Shown here piece by piece: positions 20,334 to 32,246 of a stretch of DNA of 64,000 nucleotides. Every line of letters starts with the position of its first letter. Within the stretch, counting starts at the first letter, position 1. The notes under the pieces are model-generated. The model was not told the DNA's origin, ran no database searches, and saw only the letters and a list, made by a program, of their open reading frames with translations. The stretch lies in NCBI GenBank assembly GCA_051599415.1, contig AP039709.1:124001-188000 (forward strand), written 5' to 3'. Origin of the DNA: Savitreella phatthalungensis (Eukaryota). Position numbers and translations under genes: made by a program.

Positions 20334-20410
20334 TGTGAGTGTGAGTGTGAGTGTGAGTGTGAGTGTGAGTGTGAGTGTGAGTGTGAGTGTGAGTGTGAGT
20401 GTGAGTGTGA
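20334..20410. repeat. (TGTGAG)n microsatellite
   Basis: About 13 perfect hexamer units. Confidence 0.95.
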
Positions 20411-21656
20411 CTCTCTTTCTTGTTCAACACCCATTGTCTCTCTTACCCATTGGCAGCTTGCAATGTCATGACTGGCCTGTGGGGATCAAGTGTGTTAGAT
20501 GCTCCAGAGCATCCTAGTTGCATTACGCCATATTCTATCTACTTCATGGGAAGCTGACCCTCAAGTGGATTATCCTCTAAGAGCAATCACATGCATTCAT
20601 TGTTGCGCCACCTTTCATCCCGCTGCTATAGATAGCATCCCCCAATTAAATCACCAACACCATCAATTTGATACCCATTTAGGTCTGAGCGACGTGGTAC
20701 AAGTCTTTCAGCCAGTGAAGATCATACATTCAACAACTAAATTTAATCTAATTGATTCTGAATTCTGATTTGAATTTTTCTAAAAATCTAATTTTTTAAT
20801 CCTGAATGCACGTGAATGAACATCTTTTTTGAGTTTTGTGCGACGTCAGATTTGTGTGAGGTCGTACAAAGATTTTGGATGATGGAGTCTGGTAAGCTGA
20901 AGAGGGTCACAGAGGTTGATCTACGCGCGTCATCCACTCCACTCCACTCACTCCACTCACACTGTCTCTGTCTGTGTATCTATCTATATACTGTCTGTGT
21001 CAATCAATCACTCCACTTACCCGATACACACACATATATAAATTAGAGGAGTATTCAATCGTGCTTAGACTCTTCAGATCGATCTTTCCAGGCGGCTCTC
21101 GGTGATACCACACAGACCACAGACCACAGACCAGAGACCACAAAGCAGTAGCAGTGGCACTAGCACCACCACCAGCACTACCACTAGCCGTAGCTGGAGC
21201 TATTGGTGCATACGTGTACTTCATTAACCTAAAATCCCTTCGATCACATTAGGCGCATCACTCGGTGGCACTCTCTCTCTCTCTTCTTACACACACACGC
21301 GTACACTCACACACCCCATATAGTCAGTCGATCAGTCAGTACACAGATAGTTGTCAGGCCACCTCCAGGATACACCCTTGCCAAGAATCACCAACCAACT
21401 ACTTTATCATCACATCACGCCACTCCACTCCACTTTACTCTACTCTACTCTACTTTAATCTACTCTACTCTTCCACGACTCCGCTTCTCCCAAAGTCAGG
21501 TCATCACCTGCTCCACCATATAATTCCCTCCAAAAGTCTCCATCATATCCATATCCGTCTTCATCTTGATATCCATTCCATCGAAGGCTTTCAAAAACAG
21601 CACGACCAAAAAAAGTGATCCTGATTTCATCCGGGTCCTAGGGCATCAAACCACCC

Positions 21657-23285
21657 ATGGCTACACAGCTCTACCAGAAGCTCCCGCGGACCTATCGCAA
21701 TCTAACATTCCAGCTCAACGCACTGAAGAATGTGCTTGCAATCGTCTTTGTCCTCCGGTATGCGCTCGCAGTCGTTCAGCATTTGCGCATGTACGGTCCT
21801 CTGGGCGCAGCCAAGCGAATCTATTTAACCACCAGAGCCTACCTCTTCAGGCTCTTCCTCCAGATCCCAGGCGTCAGGGGTAAAGTACAGGCGCAGATTC
21901 AGGATGCACTCGCGGGACTCGACGAGAAGATGCTACCGAAACCAGGCGTCACCCGTCATCAGCACCTCCCTGTCAAGGGTCTGAACGAGGACCAGCTCAA
22001 GGGAGAGCTGCAGAAGCTGCACGAGATGGGTCTTTCGACTGACTGGGAGAATGGCAAGGTCTCTGGCGCAATCTACCACGGCGGCAAAGAGATGGGTGAT
22101 CTCCTCGCGAGCGCCTACTCCACATTCTCCCTCTCGAACCCACTCCACCCAGATGTCTTCCCAGGCGTCCGGAAGATGGACGCGGAGGTGGTTCAGATGG
22201 CATTAAACATGTTCAATGCGCCGACGACCGGCGGTGGCACTACCACCTCTGGCGGAACGGAATCGATTCTGATGGCGTGCAAGGCTGCACGTGACAAGGC
22301 AAGGATTGAGCGAGGTGTCACAAAGCCAGAGATGATCGTTCCAGTGACGGTGCATGCAGCTTTCGACAAGGCTGCAGCTTACTTTGGCATCAAGCTCCAC
22401 CACATCAGACTCGATCCACACACCTACCAGGTACACATCCCTACCGTCGAGCGCTTCATCAACAGCAACACCATTCTCATCGCTGGCTCTGCGCCCAATT
22501 TCCCGCACGGTGTCATCGATGACATTGTCGCCCTCTCCTCACTCGCCCTCCGCTACAAGATTCCCTTGCACGTGGATGCCTGTCTGGGCTCCTTCCTCGT
22601 CCCGTTCCTCGACCGTGCAGGCTTCCCAGCACCCTTGTTCGACTTCCGACTTCCCGGTGTTACCTCAATCTCTTGCGATACGCACAAGTACGGTTTCGCA
22701 CCGAAAGGATCGTCTGTGATTATGTACCGTGACAAGGGCATGCGCAAGTACCAGTACTTTGTGATGACGACATGGCCAGGAGGTGTGTACGCGTCTCCGA
22801 CGATCGCAGGTTCGCGTCCAGGTGCTCTGATTGCAGGTTGCTGGGCTGCGATGATGCACATGGGCGAGCAAGGGTACATCGACTCGTGCAAGGACATTGT
22901 CGGTGCTCGGCAGCGTATCCAGGAGAGAATACAGCGCGAGATTCCCGAGTTGAGGATCATGGGCAATCCGCAGGTCTCCGTCGTCGCCTTCACCTCCGAC
23001 CAGATCAACATCTACACGGTCGGTGACAAGATGTCGAAATCAGGTTGGCACCTCAACGGTCTCCAGGACCCACCAGCCCTCCACATCGCCTGCACCAGAC
23101 CAACCATTAACGCGGTCGACTCGCTCATCACCGACCTCAAGGCTGCCGTCGCAGAGACCGTGGCGGAAGGTGGTGGCGGCGATGCAGGATCCATGGCCAT
23201 GCTCTACGGCGCAGGTGCACTCCCGGACAAGAGTATCGTCGCAAGTCTCGCCGAAGGATTCCTAGACACCCTATACAAGGCGTGA
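21657..23285 (+). CDS. DPL1: Sphingosine-1-phosphate lyase (PLP-dependent)
   Basis: GKVSGAIYHG, SNPLHPDVFPGVRKM, TSGGTESI, HVDACLG, SCDTHKYG (PLP lysine). Confidence 0.95.
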   Translation: MATQLYQKLPRTYRNLTFQLNALKNVLAIVFVLRYALAVVQHLRMYGPLGAAKRIYLTTRAYLFRLFLQIPGVRGKVQAQIQDALAGLDEKMLPKPGVTRHQHLPVKGLNEDQLKGELQKLHEMGLSTDWENGKVSGAIYHGGKEMGDLLASAYSTFSLSNPLHPDVFPGVRKMDAEVVQMALNMFNAPTTGGGTTTSGGTESILMACKAARDKARIERGVTKPEMIVPVTVHAAFDKAAAYFGIKLHHIRLDPHTYQVHIPTVERFINSNTILIAGSAPNFPHGVIDDIVALSSLALRYKIPLHVDACLGSFLVPFLDRAGFPAPLFDFRLPGVTSISCDTHKYGFAPKGSSVIMYRDKGMRKYQYFVMTTWPGGVYASPTIAGSRPGALIAGCWAAMMHMGEQGYIDSCKDIVGARQRIQERIQREIPELRIMGNPQVSVVAFTSDQINIYTVGDKMSKSGWHLNGLQDPPALHIACTRPTINAVDSLITDLKAAVAETVAEGGGGDAGSMAMLYGAGALPDKSIVASLAEGFLDTLYKA

Positions 23286-23765
23286 AGAAAAAGCCAGATC
23301 TATCCCACTCCTAACACATAATAAACCGGACAGTCGGACTCTTTGAATGTGAATCTATGACATGAGCCTCAAGTATAGTCGTCCCCTGCTTGCGTGCCTG
23401 CATGTGTGGTCCGTGCCCAAAATGCAGAACGATGTCTGTGCGCTTCGCCTTAACATTCAGCTTGGACGCGCATAGATCAGATCAGATCTCATCCTTCCAG
23501 TGCCGTGTCCTCAAACGATGGGGATGGCTTGCATAAGCGAACGGACGCTTGAGCACCACTCAGCACATCATAGAACAGCACAGACCCAGAGACCGCTCGG
23601 ACGTGTTATGTATCATGGTGACACGGATGCGACATAGTCCGTGTCTAACTCCAAAACACGCCCACTGAGCAAACCGTGTAGTGGAGCGACTCTAGAAATC
23701 AAGCAGCAGACAGACGTCTGTAGTGAATTACAGCATACCTACGGCATCACGACTGATCTATCGCG

Positions 23766-26700
23766 ATGCTGATGACTTGGCGACCTCCGCAGTCTCCGGT
23801 AAGAGTCAATGCCGCTTGCGCCATCGACGAGCGAGTCATAGCTGCTCAGACAGGCGAAGCAACGTCCTTTGCGAGTAAGGACACAACAGGTCGACAGTCA
23901 CTCCCTACACTTCTTCCCGAGACATCAGTGATAGCCGACAAGCGACAGAGACGTGACGCAAACAACCTATCTCCAGAAGCGAAATCGATCGACGCCAAAG
24001 CTAGAGTCATCGTCAGTCTCCCATGTACACGAGCAAATCTATGTCTAGCATCAACCAGATGCGCCAATCCAATCCTGACTCCCACCACTTCCAAGCCAAA
24101 GCCAAATCCAAAAGCATCGCCACAAACCCTGAATACATCGTCATCGGAAGCACGCGTGGATGAACAAGATACACCGTCTTCGGTCTGGACTAATCAACTC
24201 GAAACTTCACGCGTCAACCACGCTCCAACCTCTGAGCAATCTATCTGCCACCTTCTCCTCAACCCATTCACGCCAGACGGTATTCAGCTTCGAGAGAAGA
24301 TCTTCAAGGGAAATCCACGCGATCGCTTAGACGTCCAGGTTCGTGACAAAGCTCACGTTCACACCCACGTTCAATTCCACGCTAACAATCACGTTTACCC
24401 TGACGCTCATCGTGCAGCTCGATCAACTACAGAGCTATTCAAGAGTGCGTGGGGGTTTGAAAGTCGGAAGGAAGTGTCGCGTAGATTACCAATTGAAGAA
24501 TTACATACGTCTGCAGCCCATCACCACTCAACCTCAAACATCCCTCATCCCTCCAACAAACCCATTTCGCCTTCACAGCTACACACACCTCTACACTCAC
24601 ACCAGGAGTCATACTCAGAGTCACTACCACAGTCACAGTCAGAGTCAAACACACTCCCATCCACAGTCACACTCACAATCACGCCAGAGGTCAACGCCAT
24701 CCTCAAGACGCTAACCAGTCATCCACAACATAGGTCACCTTCAACATCATTATCAGCAGTAGTAGAATCAAGAAGCTACAACACATCTAGACGGCAAACG
24801 CTTCATCAGTCATCAATCAACCATCAAGAAACTCATTCCCCATTATACGCACGACAAGTGAAGCAGGTATTCAGTCAGAAAGACCCTCAAGGGCTATCAA
24901 CGTACTCACAGTCGCAATCACCTATATTCATCCCTTTTCTTCAGACTGTCTCTCAACATCAAATCAGCCAGACAACAGACAAGACGAAGCGCCTAGCCCA
25001 TCTCATTCGCTCTGGCCTGCTCAGAGCCAGAGGAGGCTCACAAGACCAATCTGGTCAGCAGCAGCAGCAGCAGCAACAGCGAGGAGAAGCTTGCAAGCAA
25101 GCAGTTCAAGACTCCCATCACGACACTCTCTCGCTCTCTGCTGCAAGTAGTAGCATCACAAAGCACCAACCAGCGTCCAAGCGTCCAAAGCACGATAAGC
25201 CAATCGTCCATCTACAGCCATCGACCAAGATGCCCACGGAAGACTCTCAACAAGCAATTGCAGAAACGCCTAGTGAATCAGCTTATCAACCTCCAGTCAT
25301 CAAGCAGTACATCCTCGCGAACAGGTACGAAATCTATCGAGAAGTCGGTGATGGCTCTTTCGGGACCGTCTCACTTGCCAGACGCCGTGAATCCCGTGCC
25401 TCAAGCGGCAGCGGCAACAGCAGAAATCCTCAGCTCGTTGCTGTCAAATCGATGAAAAAGCCCATCACGCCAATGACCGAGTGTCTGAAGCTACGTGAGC
25501 TTCAATCACTCACAGCACTTCCGCCACACCCTGCCATCGTCACTCTCAACGAGTTCTTCTACGACGCAGAGACAAAGCTCTTCCACATGGTCATGGAATT
25601 CCTCGACCAGAACCTCTACCAATTGATGAAGTCACGTGAGGGCAAACCATTCGACCTTTTGACCGTTAAGCAGATCCTCCTCGCCATCCTCGAAGCTCTT
25701 GACCACTGCCATTCCCACAACTACTTCCATCGCGACGTCAAGCCGGAGAATATCCTGATCTCGTACCGTAGCGCAACCGACCTGTCGAATGCATCCACAT
25801 CTTCACAGTGCCTCGGGACGCCAACGGCATCAAAGTCTTACCTTGGCACTCCGCCAACCACGCCAGCACGTATGATTGTCAAACTGGCTGATTTTGGCCT
25901 TGCGAGACAGATCGACAGCAGGCCTCCATACACGTCGTACGTGTCGACTCGGTGGTATCGTGCGCCAGAAGTACTGTTGCGTGCTGAGAAGTACAGCGCA
26001 CCGGTGGACATGTGGGCTCTCGGGAGCATGGCCGTCGAAGTCGCCACTCTCAAGCCACTCTTCCCGGGCAAAGACGAGATGGATCAAGTGTGGAAGATCT
26101 GCGAGGTACTCGGGTCACCAGGTGACTGGCGCGACCGCCAGGGCAGGCCCACAGGCGGCGGCCCCTGGGACGATGGTCCTCTCCTAGCGCACAAATTGGG
26201 ACTCACATTCCCAAAGACTCCACCACAGCCGACCACTCGCTTACTCAACGCTTCATGGCCAGACAACTTTGTCGAGTTCTGTCTGAGCTGCATGACATGG
26301 GACCCGAACGTGAGGTTGACGTCTGCATCGGCCATTCGGCTTCCCATGTTTGCCGATGTCATTCGTCCACAATCGAATGTCATTAGCACGCCGACCACTT
26401 CATCGGGCAAAGCGGACACTTCGCAACTGTCCAAGTCGACACAGCGACACTCGTGGCTAAGCAAGACTCGGAACGTCGTCATGGCTACCACACTCCAGAA
26501 ACAGGCACGGCAGCCTCACGCCTCACAATCGATCACTGTCCCTGCCACGGTCAACACTAACGATCCATCTGACTCACCTTCGCAAAACACCCGGAGCCGA
26601 AAAAAGGAACAGCGCGCCTCCCTCGTGCTCCCCGATCACGAACGCCACTCCCAAGCCGCCAAGACGAAAGAGCCAACCACCTACGCATCAGCTGCTGCTG

Positions 26701-27269
26701 CTAGCTCTACCACCGGCACGACAGGAGAAGACCTCGTTGTGCCAACGCCTCGAAAACTTCGAAAGACTTCGAAGCACACTGGCCCCGGCCCTGATGACGT
26801 CGATGCGATCTCTCCTGGCTCCTTGGCTTCCTCGTCACACGCGACGAATCCCTCACTGACGTCGCTGGACGAGGCGATGCACCTTCTCGACGTTCCGGCG
26901 ATCCCCATCACGATCTCGACAGATCCCATGGACGTCGTCTTGGGTGGCACCTGTGGGGGCGGCGGAGGCGGTGGAAGCATCGGCGTCCCATCCATCCACA
27001 CTTCCACCTCCACTCCTACGCGCGATGCCAAGCCGCTACGAAACCCCACAGCCACCGTCACAACCCCAAGAGGACCTATCCCGCTGCCAGGGTACGCGAG
27101 ATCCACCATCGCCTCCTCAAGACGTGCCTCCTCAAACATCTCACCAGACCTAGAGACCATCCAATCTCCACAGCAACAACAACAACCACTACCACAACAC
27201 CATCAGCCCACACCAGCTAAGAAACAAGGTAGATTGTCAGCACTCTTCGGATCATCCTTCACCAGATAG
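23766..27269 (+). CDS. IME2: Ime2/Mde3/Pit1-like (MAK/ICK family) Ser/Thr kinase with long N- and C-terminal low-complexity extensions
   Basis: GDGSFG, VAVK, HRDVKPEN, DFGLAR, activation loop PYTSYVSTRWYRAPE with a TxY motif. Alternative start at ATG 25230. Confidence 0.85.
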   Translation: MLMTWRPPQSPVRVNAACAIDERVIAAQTGEATSFASKDTTGRQSLPTLLPETSVIADKRQRRDANNLSPEAKSIDAKARVIVSLPCTRANLCLASTRCANPILTPTTSKPKPNPKASPQTLNTSSSEARVDEQDTPSSVWTNQLETSRVNHAPTSEQSICHLLLNPFTPDGIQLREKIFKGNPRDRLDVQVRDKAHVHTHVQFHANNHVYPDAHRAARSTTELFKSAWGFESRKEVSRRLPIEELHTSAAHHHSTSNIPHPSNKPISPSQLHTPLHSHQESYSESLPQSQSESNTLPSTVTLTITPEVNAILKTLTSHPQHRSPSTSLSAVVESRSYNTSRRQTLHQSSINHQETHSPLYARQVKQVFSQKDPQGLSTYSQSQSPIFIPFLQTVSQHQISQTTDKTKRLAHLIRSGLLRARGGSQDQSGQQQQQQQQRGEACKQAVQDSHHDTLSLSAASSSITKHQPASKRPKHDKPIVHLQPSTKMPTEDSQQAIAETPSESAYQPPVIKQYILANRYEIYREVGDGSFGTVSLARRRESRASSGSGNSRNPQLVAVKSMKKPITPMTECLKLRELQSLTALPPHPAIVTLNEFFYDAETKLFHMVMEFLDQNLYQLMKSREGKPFDLLTVKQILLAILEALDHCHSHNYFHRDVKPENILISYRSATDLSNASTSSQCLGTPTASKSYLGTPPTTPARMIVKLADFGLARQIDSRPPYTSYVSTRWYRAPEVLLRAEKYSAPVDMWALGSMAVEVATLKPLFPGKDEMDQVWKICEVLGSPGDWRDRQGRPTGGGPWDDGPLLAHKLGLTFPKTPPQPTTRLLNASWPDNFVEFCLSCMTWDPNVRLTSASAIRLPMFADVIRPQSNVISTPTTSSGKADTSQLSKSTQRHSWLSKTRNVVMATTLQKQARQPHASQSITVPATVNTNDPSDSPSQNTRSRKKEQRASLVLPDHERHSQAAKTKEPTTYASAAAASSTTGTTGEDLVVPTPRKLRKTSKHTGPGPDDVDAISPGSLASSSHATNPSLTSLDEAMHLLDVPAIPITISTDPMDVVLGGTCGGGGGGGSIGVPSIHTSTSTPTRDAKPLRNPTATVTTPRGPIPLPGYARSTIASSRRASSNISPDLETIQSPQQQQQPLPQHHQPTPAKKQGRLSALFGSSFTR

Positions 27270-27538
27270 ATTTACTTTTTCTACTCGACTTTTTCAAAAG
27301 ACTAACGCAGCCTACTATATCATGCTTTCATTCTGAATCTTCCATCTCGCGAGTGACGCTGACGACGACGTAATACTGAGCCTGTGTGTGTGTAGATAAG
27401 GTTCATGATCGTCTTGAGAAGGCCAAGAACCGTTAGTCCCGCAGGTAATGAGATTTTTGCAATACCACTGGTCAGACGTCCTGATTGACGTCTCCGACAT
27501 CTGGTTGGCTTAGCCGGGTGACCTGATTGACGCCACTC

Positions 27539-28634
27539 TCATGACTCGGTCGGCCGCCGAGCGAGCCAGAAGACGGAAAACTTGTTATCGACAGGATGCT
27601 CCTTCACATCTGCGAAGCCAGCATCGTTAAGAAACTTCTCGTGCATTTCAGTCCCCCATGCAGCACCAATCCCCTGACCAGCACACGCGAGCGACTGCGT
27701 CATACAATGCAGGAGGGAGATCCCGTACAGGAACCCGCCGCGGTCGGAGATATTTTGTGAAGTGGGGTGTGTGTGTGCGTGGCTCGACCATCATGTAGAG
27801 GCCGTCCCGTCGGAGGGAGTGGCGAATGGCGCGGAGTGCTGCGAGTGGGTTAGGCCTGTCGTGGATCACGTCGAACGTCGTCACCAAGTCGAATGTACCC
27901 TCGGGCAACCTCTCCACCGACATCACCTCAAACCTCAAGTTCCCAAGCCCCCTCGTACACAGACCTACCCCTCTCCACAGACGCCGCAGACCTATCGTAC
28001 CCAGTAAACGTAGACCGCGGGTACCGCCGTGCAAGCTCACAGACCAACTGCCCTGTACCGCAGCCGACATCGGCAAACGCGCAGCCGGCAGCGAGGCGGT
28101 TGTGAAACGGGGCGATAGGGCGGTGGAGTGCGTGGTGGATGGATGGGGCGTTCATTCTGCGAATGCCCTCGACGACGTGGGGGCCGAACGCGTGGAAGGG
28201 GACACCGGCGTGTGGGCTGTCGAAGGGGGGAAACAAGCGACCACATCGTCGACCGTGTGCTCTGTGAGGACGCCGCCGGTGGCGTGGAAGGGCGACAGGC
28301 GATCGAGGAAGATGGCCTTGCCTGCAGGTGTCAGGCTACAGAGGGACCGAGCAACGTCGAATGACACGAGTCGAGAGGCAGCAAGTGACCGAAGGGGTTC
28401 AACCACATATCGCTCCCGAAAGCCACAGGCAGCAGCAACAGCACAAGCAGTAGCGTTACCCTCAAGTTCAAAGAGGTGGCGGAAAATGTCCAGCTTGTCA
28501 GCCATGTAGATCACATTCACGAGGATCGTGGAAGCACAGGCTTCCGAGATTCGCGTCGACAGTTGTTCCGCAGATTCAGAGGTCGATGGGAGGTCAGGGA
28601 TGGGTGGAGGTGGAGGAACGGTGTCTCCTGACAT
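27539..28634 (-). pseudogene. Frameshifted class I SAM-dependent methyltransferase, Rv2258c-like (N-terminal wHTH + MTase)
   Basis: Four consecutive frame segments give ADKLDIF..GFRERYV, ADVGCGTG..YPRSTFTGYD, FDLVTTFDVIHD..GLYMMVEP and FLYGISLLHCMTQSLA..GIGAAWG..LNDAGF. Shifts lie near 28225-28230, 27948-27952 and 27753-27777. Confidence 0.8.
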
Positions 28635-29147
28635 CTAGGACAGGAGGAAGGACAACGAGGATGGGGTGGCAGGGAGAGCAGTAGATGAGCTGGAGAGCAG
28701 TAGATGAGCTGGACTGTGGGAGAGAGCAGATGCAAGGTAATACACGGGAGATTAGGGTCGGAGATGAACCCGTACTATACCGGGCATGCGCAGGAGGTGC
28801 GTGTTAGAGGGTCAAGGTCTAAAGGAGGAGTGTGAGTGGGATCTGTGCGTCCACAAGTGATTTGATCGCGTCTTTGTCGTGCACGGCCGAAAGTCACACC
28901 TGTCAGGAATGTTCAGGTGGGGCCCAAAGCGTGGATCAGGGAAGGGCAACGGCAAGGAGAGTCAAGACAAGAGCAACGGTGGATTTGGTACTCGGGTATT
29001 GTGTACTCTGCACAACTTGAACCCTATGATCCTTGGTCGATCTGCTATCTGTAGAGGATAATTTGGCGCTGCTGCACGGGAGATTGCCGAGTATGCGGGA
29101 CTCTCAACCAGGTCAAGTACACCACAGAGAAGGATTGTTGAAGCTCG

Positions 29148-29232
29148 AGTAGCAGTAGCAGTAGCAGTAGCAGTAGCAGTAGCAGTAGCAGTAGCAGTAG
29201 CAGTAGGAGTAGCAGTAGCAGTTGCAGTAGCA
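29148..29232. repeat. (AGTAGC)n microsatellite
   Basis: Tandem hexamers with two variant units. Confidence 0.93.
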
Positions 29233-30373
29233 CCACTTCTGATAGATCGAAGGACAAGATTGCCTTGTGTTGTACGTGCGAGGGAGATTACACCGAGGAT
29301 GGCCTTGTTTACTGATGATCCTTGTTCCTGAATTTCTGAGTCTGTGCGAGGTCAAACAAACCTGAAATCTTTTTTTTAGTTTTGTACGAGGGTCGCTCAA
29401 ACCTTTTTCGAGAAAACCATCTGTGAAGGGTCTGACTTGACTTAGACCATCACCTCTCATCTTACTCCCGCTCCTTCCCATGCTCACCAGGGTTCCAAGG
29501 ACTGTTGAGGAGGGTGATAGTAAGCTGAAGGGAGCCAAGAAAAGGGTTCAGCTGAGAGCCTAGCTGAGGGTTGGATAGCTAGACGACCGATCGCCTGAAT
29601 GGCTTATCCGTTGGCATGGGGCACTTCCTGCTACTCAAACTGACCCAGGTGCAGATAGGTGAACGAGTCGGGCGTCTTTCCATCTCTCATAGCATTGCTC
29701 TCTCGGGATAGCTGCCGGTCAGCCTCTGGACGGCCGCTGTTCGAAATTCTTCTTTTCATCTGCAAACCTCCGCTGTGGCTTCCAGTCCACTGCCGCTGCA
29801 GAGAACCAGGCGCCGAGATCGTCCAGCCTACCTCAGAGACCGGATCTCGCTCAATCAGCCCAGACATACGCGCGAAGGATTAGCTCCCTTCTGAGGTTGG
29901 TCCGAGGTCAATGGATCGATCTGCCAGGAATTCGTTGCGAATCTCTGACGTAACTAGGTCAATCGCCTTGGTCTTTCCCTATTAACTTCCCCGAGCAATC
30001 AATCGATCGTCAAGAACGACCTATCCTCCGTCTCAAAAAGCTCTTCAACCGGCTGTAGAATCAATCTGTGCGGGTAGCTCGGGAATGCTCCCTGACAAGT
30101 TCCGAAGAATTCAAGTTACTCTCAATCTATCCTTCCTGTGGCCTTAGCACTTCCATTACACCCTGTCATCCTCGCTCATTCATCTCGCTTCTTCCCGAGG
30201 GACTGCAGTCAGTGTCCGCAGCCGAGTTGACTGCTTCTGCCAGGAATCCGTTGATTTTCACGTGAAAAGAGTATAGAGGATCATCTTTCCACCAGCCTAC
30301 GCAGTCAGTCACTCGGTCATATCACTCCAGGACGATCACCGGCGCTACTCTTCCTCTTCCTCTTCCACATCCA

Positions 30374-30428
30374 CATCCTCATCCTCATCCTCATCCTCAT
30401 CCTCATCCTCATCCTCATCCTCATCCTC
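30374..30428. repeat. (CATCCT)n microsatellite
   Basis: About 9 tandem hexamers. Confidence 0.93.
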
Positions 30429-31445
30429 GATCTCTCCCATCGCAGTATTCCGAGAGCCATCTGTCCATCCCCCTGTCGGCCTCTGAATCAGGCATCTTCT
30501 TCAGACAGTCATTCCGAGTCGCTTCACGTCCAGCTTCCAGACACATAGACACACAGACACACACGCACATACACTCTCTCAGGTTCACAATCTTTCCCTT
30601 CTATACTGTACCTCTACTCTTTCCTTCTGATACACTTCTCTCTCCCTGTCGACACAGACTTGACCGTATAGGGTCAACCCGAGACGCCTATAACGCATCA
30701 TTCCATAGGTCATCTGCCATCTAGAGGTCACGCATCGCACGCACGCTCTCCAGCAACGCTTCTCTCGAAGCTTAGACAGGCGTGTATCAGCAAAGGTGAA
30801 CATTCGTCATCGGTGTGTCATCCATCATCGACGCACTTCAAACGCTATTCGGCAACGCTAAGCAGGTGCAGGTCATCGCTAGCCAACATCTATACAGGAG
30901 TCACTATCAGTAGACGATAGGCTCTGCGACAATTAAGGGTGGGTCGTCATACTCTCGTCCGCACAGACACAGCACACAGACGCGCTTCTCTTCCCAACCC
31001 TTCTCATTAGTCGCCGTCGCACTTGCCGCCTTCGCACTCGCACACGCGCCCACTCGGAAATCTGAAACGTGTTCGCGCTCGTACAACCTCGCACAAATTT
31101 GTACAAGGGTCAGTAGAAAGCCTCGGTCACTCCACCAGCCTAATCACAGGTTAGACACACACTCACGCACACACACTCTCTCCGTCTCTGTGTGTCTCTC
31201 TCTCTCTCTCTCTCTCCTTCCCCTCCGCCCACAAGTCTACAAGCTTGTCTTCACGTCACGCATCCATCACATATCCTGACGCAGCTCTCACGCCTCTCTT
31301 GACGTCACGTAAGAGCCATCGTCATCACCACCATCACCACCACCACCACCACCACCAGCTGCGGCAGCATCACAACCCTTACTCCAAGGATACATAAGCA
31401 CTCGTGAAACCGTCCTTCTTTACGACTCAAACCGTCTCATACAAC

Positions 31446-32246
31446 ATGTATAACGGTATTGGCCCACTAGACATGACCACGGACGGACGTCCCACCAAAA
31501 TTGCCAGACCCTCCTTGAGTCTCACCACCGGACAAACTCATCACCAGAACACAAATCGGGCTAAACGTCTCGTCCAACGCAACATGAGCCTCAACAGCTC
31601 TGTTCCGTCTCTCTACCATGATGATGAAGAAGAGCACCTTGATGGAGACGACGAGGAGGACACTGACGAACTCGAGTCAAACCTCCTTCCAAGCAGGGGA
31701 TCTCACGAACATGACGATGACGATATCACTCGAGAGCCTTGTCTTGCAGACGATGGCTTGGCAGAGGCTCGTAGACAGGCCTGGTTCTCCTCTGCGCTTG
31801 CGTCTGCCATGGTTGAGTCTCCTCGAGAAGTAGAACTGATCAAGTCATGGCGCGGCGCGATCGAACACGGCGCCGACTACGACGACGACCACGACCAAAC
31901 TCTACTCGACTGTGACCGGATGGTGACGATCCATGAGCTTGGAGGCGATTCGAGTGATGAAAGTCTCTCACCCGATGATGGCCGCAAAAGCGTCAGTTTC
32001 GGCACTGCAGAGGTGGTCGACGGTTCAGACTACTTTGCCACAGCAGCTCAACCGCTCTCCCGCGCGTCCTCGATTAGCAAGCCGTGCCTGCGCTCCAGAG
32101 CCTCCAGCATCTCCTCCAACGGCAACCACAACCTCACTCACCTGCGGAATCATCCTTATCCAGGAGCTGGGCCGGGTGCCGGTGCAGGAGCAGGCATTAC
32201 CGACTCGGCCTTTACCACTATTCGCGAGCTCCCTTCCGAGCGCTGA
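31446..32246 (+). CDS. Hypothetical acidic, probably disordered protein
   Basis: 801-nt ORF from ATG 31446 with protein-like composition. No family recognised. Confidence 0.65.
   Translation: MYNGIGPLDMTTDGRPTKIARPSLSLTTGQTHHQNTNRAKRLVQRNMSLNSSVPSLYHDDEEEHLDGDDEEDTDELESNLLPSRGSHEHDDDDITREPCLADDGLAEARRQAWFSSALASAMVESPREVELIKSWRGAIEHGADYDDDHDQTLLDCDRMVTIHELGGDSSDESLSPDDGRKSVSFGTAEVVDGSDYFATAAQPLSRASSISKPCLRSRASSISSNGNHNLTHLRNHPYPGAGPGAGAGAGITDSAFTTIRELPSER

Noticed and set aside
20221..20517. Poly-HT and poly-SV ORFs
   Set aside because: Translations of the TGTGAG microsatellite.
29045..29538. Poly-Leu and poly-CY ORFs
   Set aside because: Translations of the AGTAGC microsatellite.
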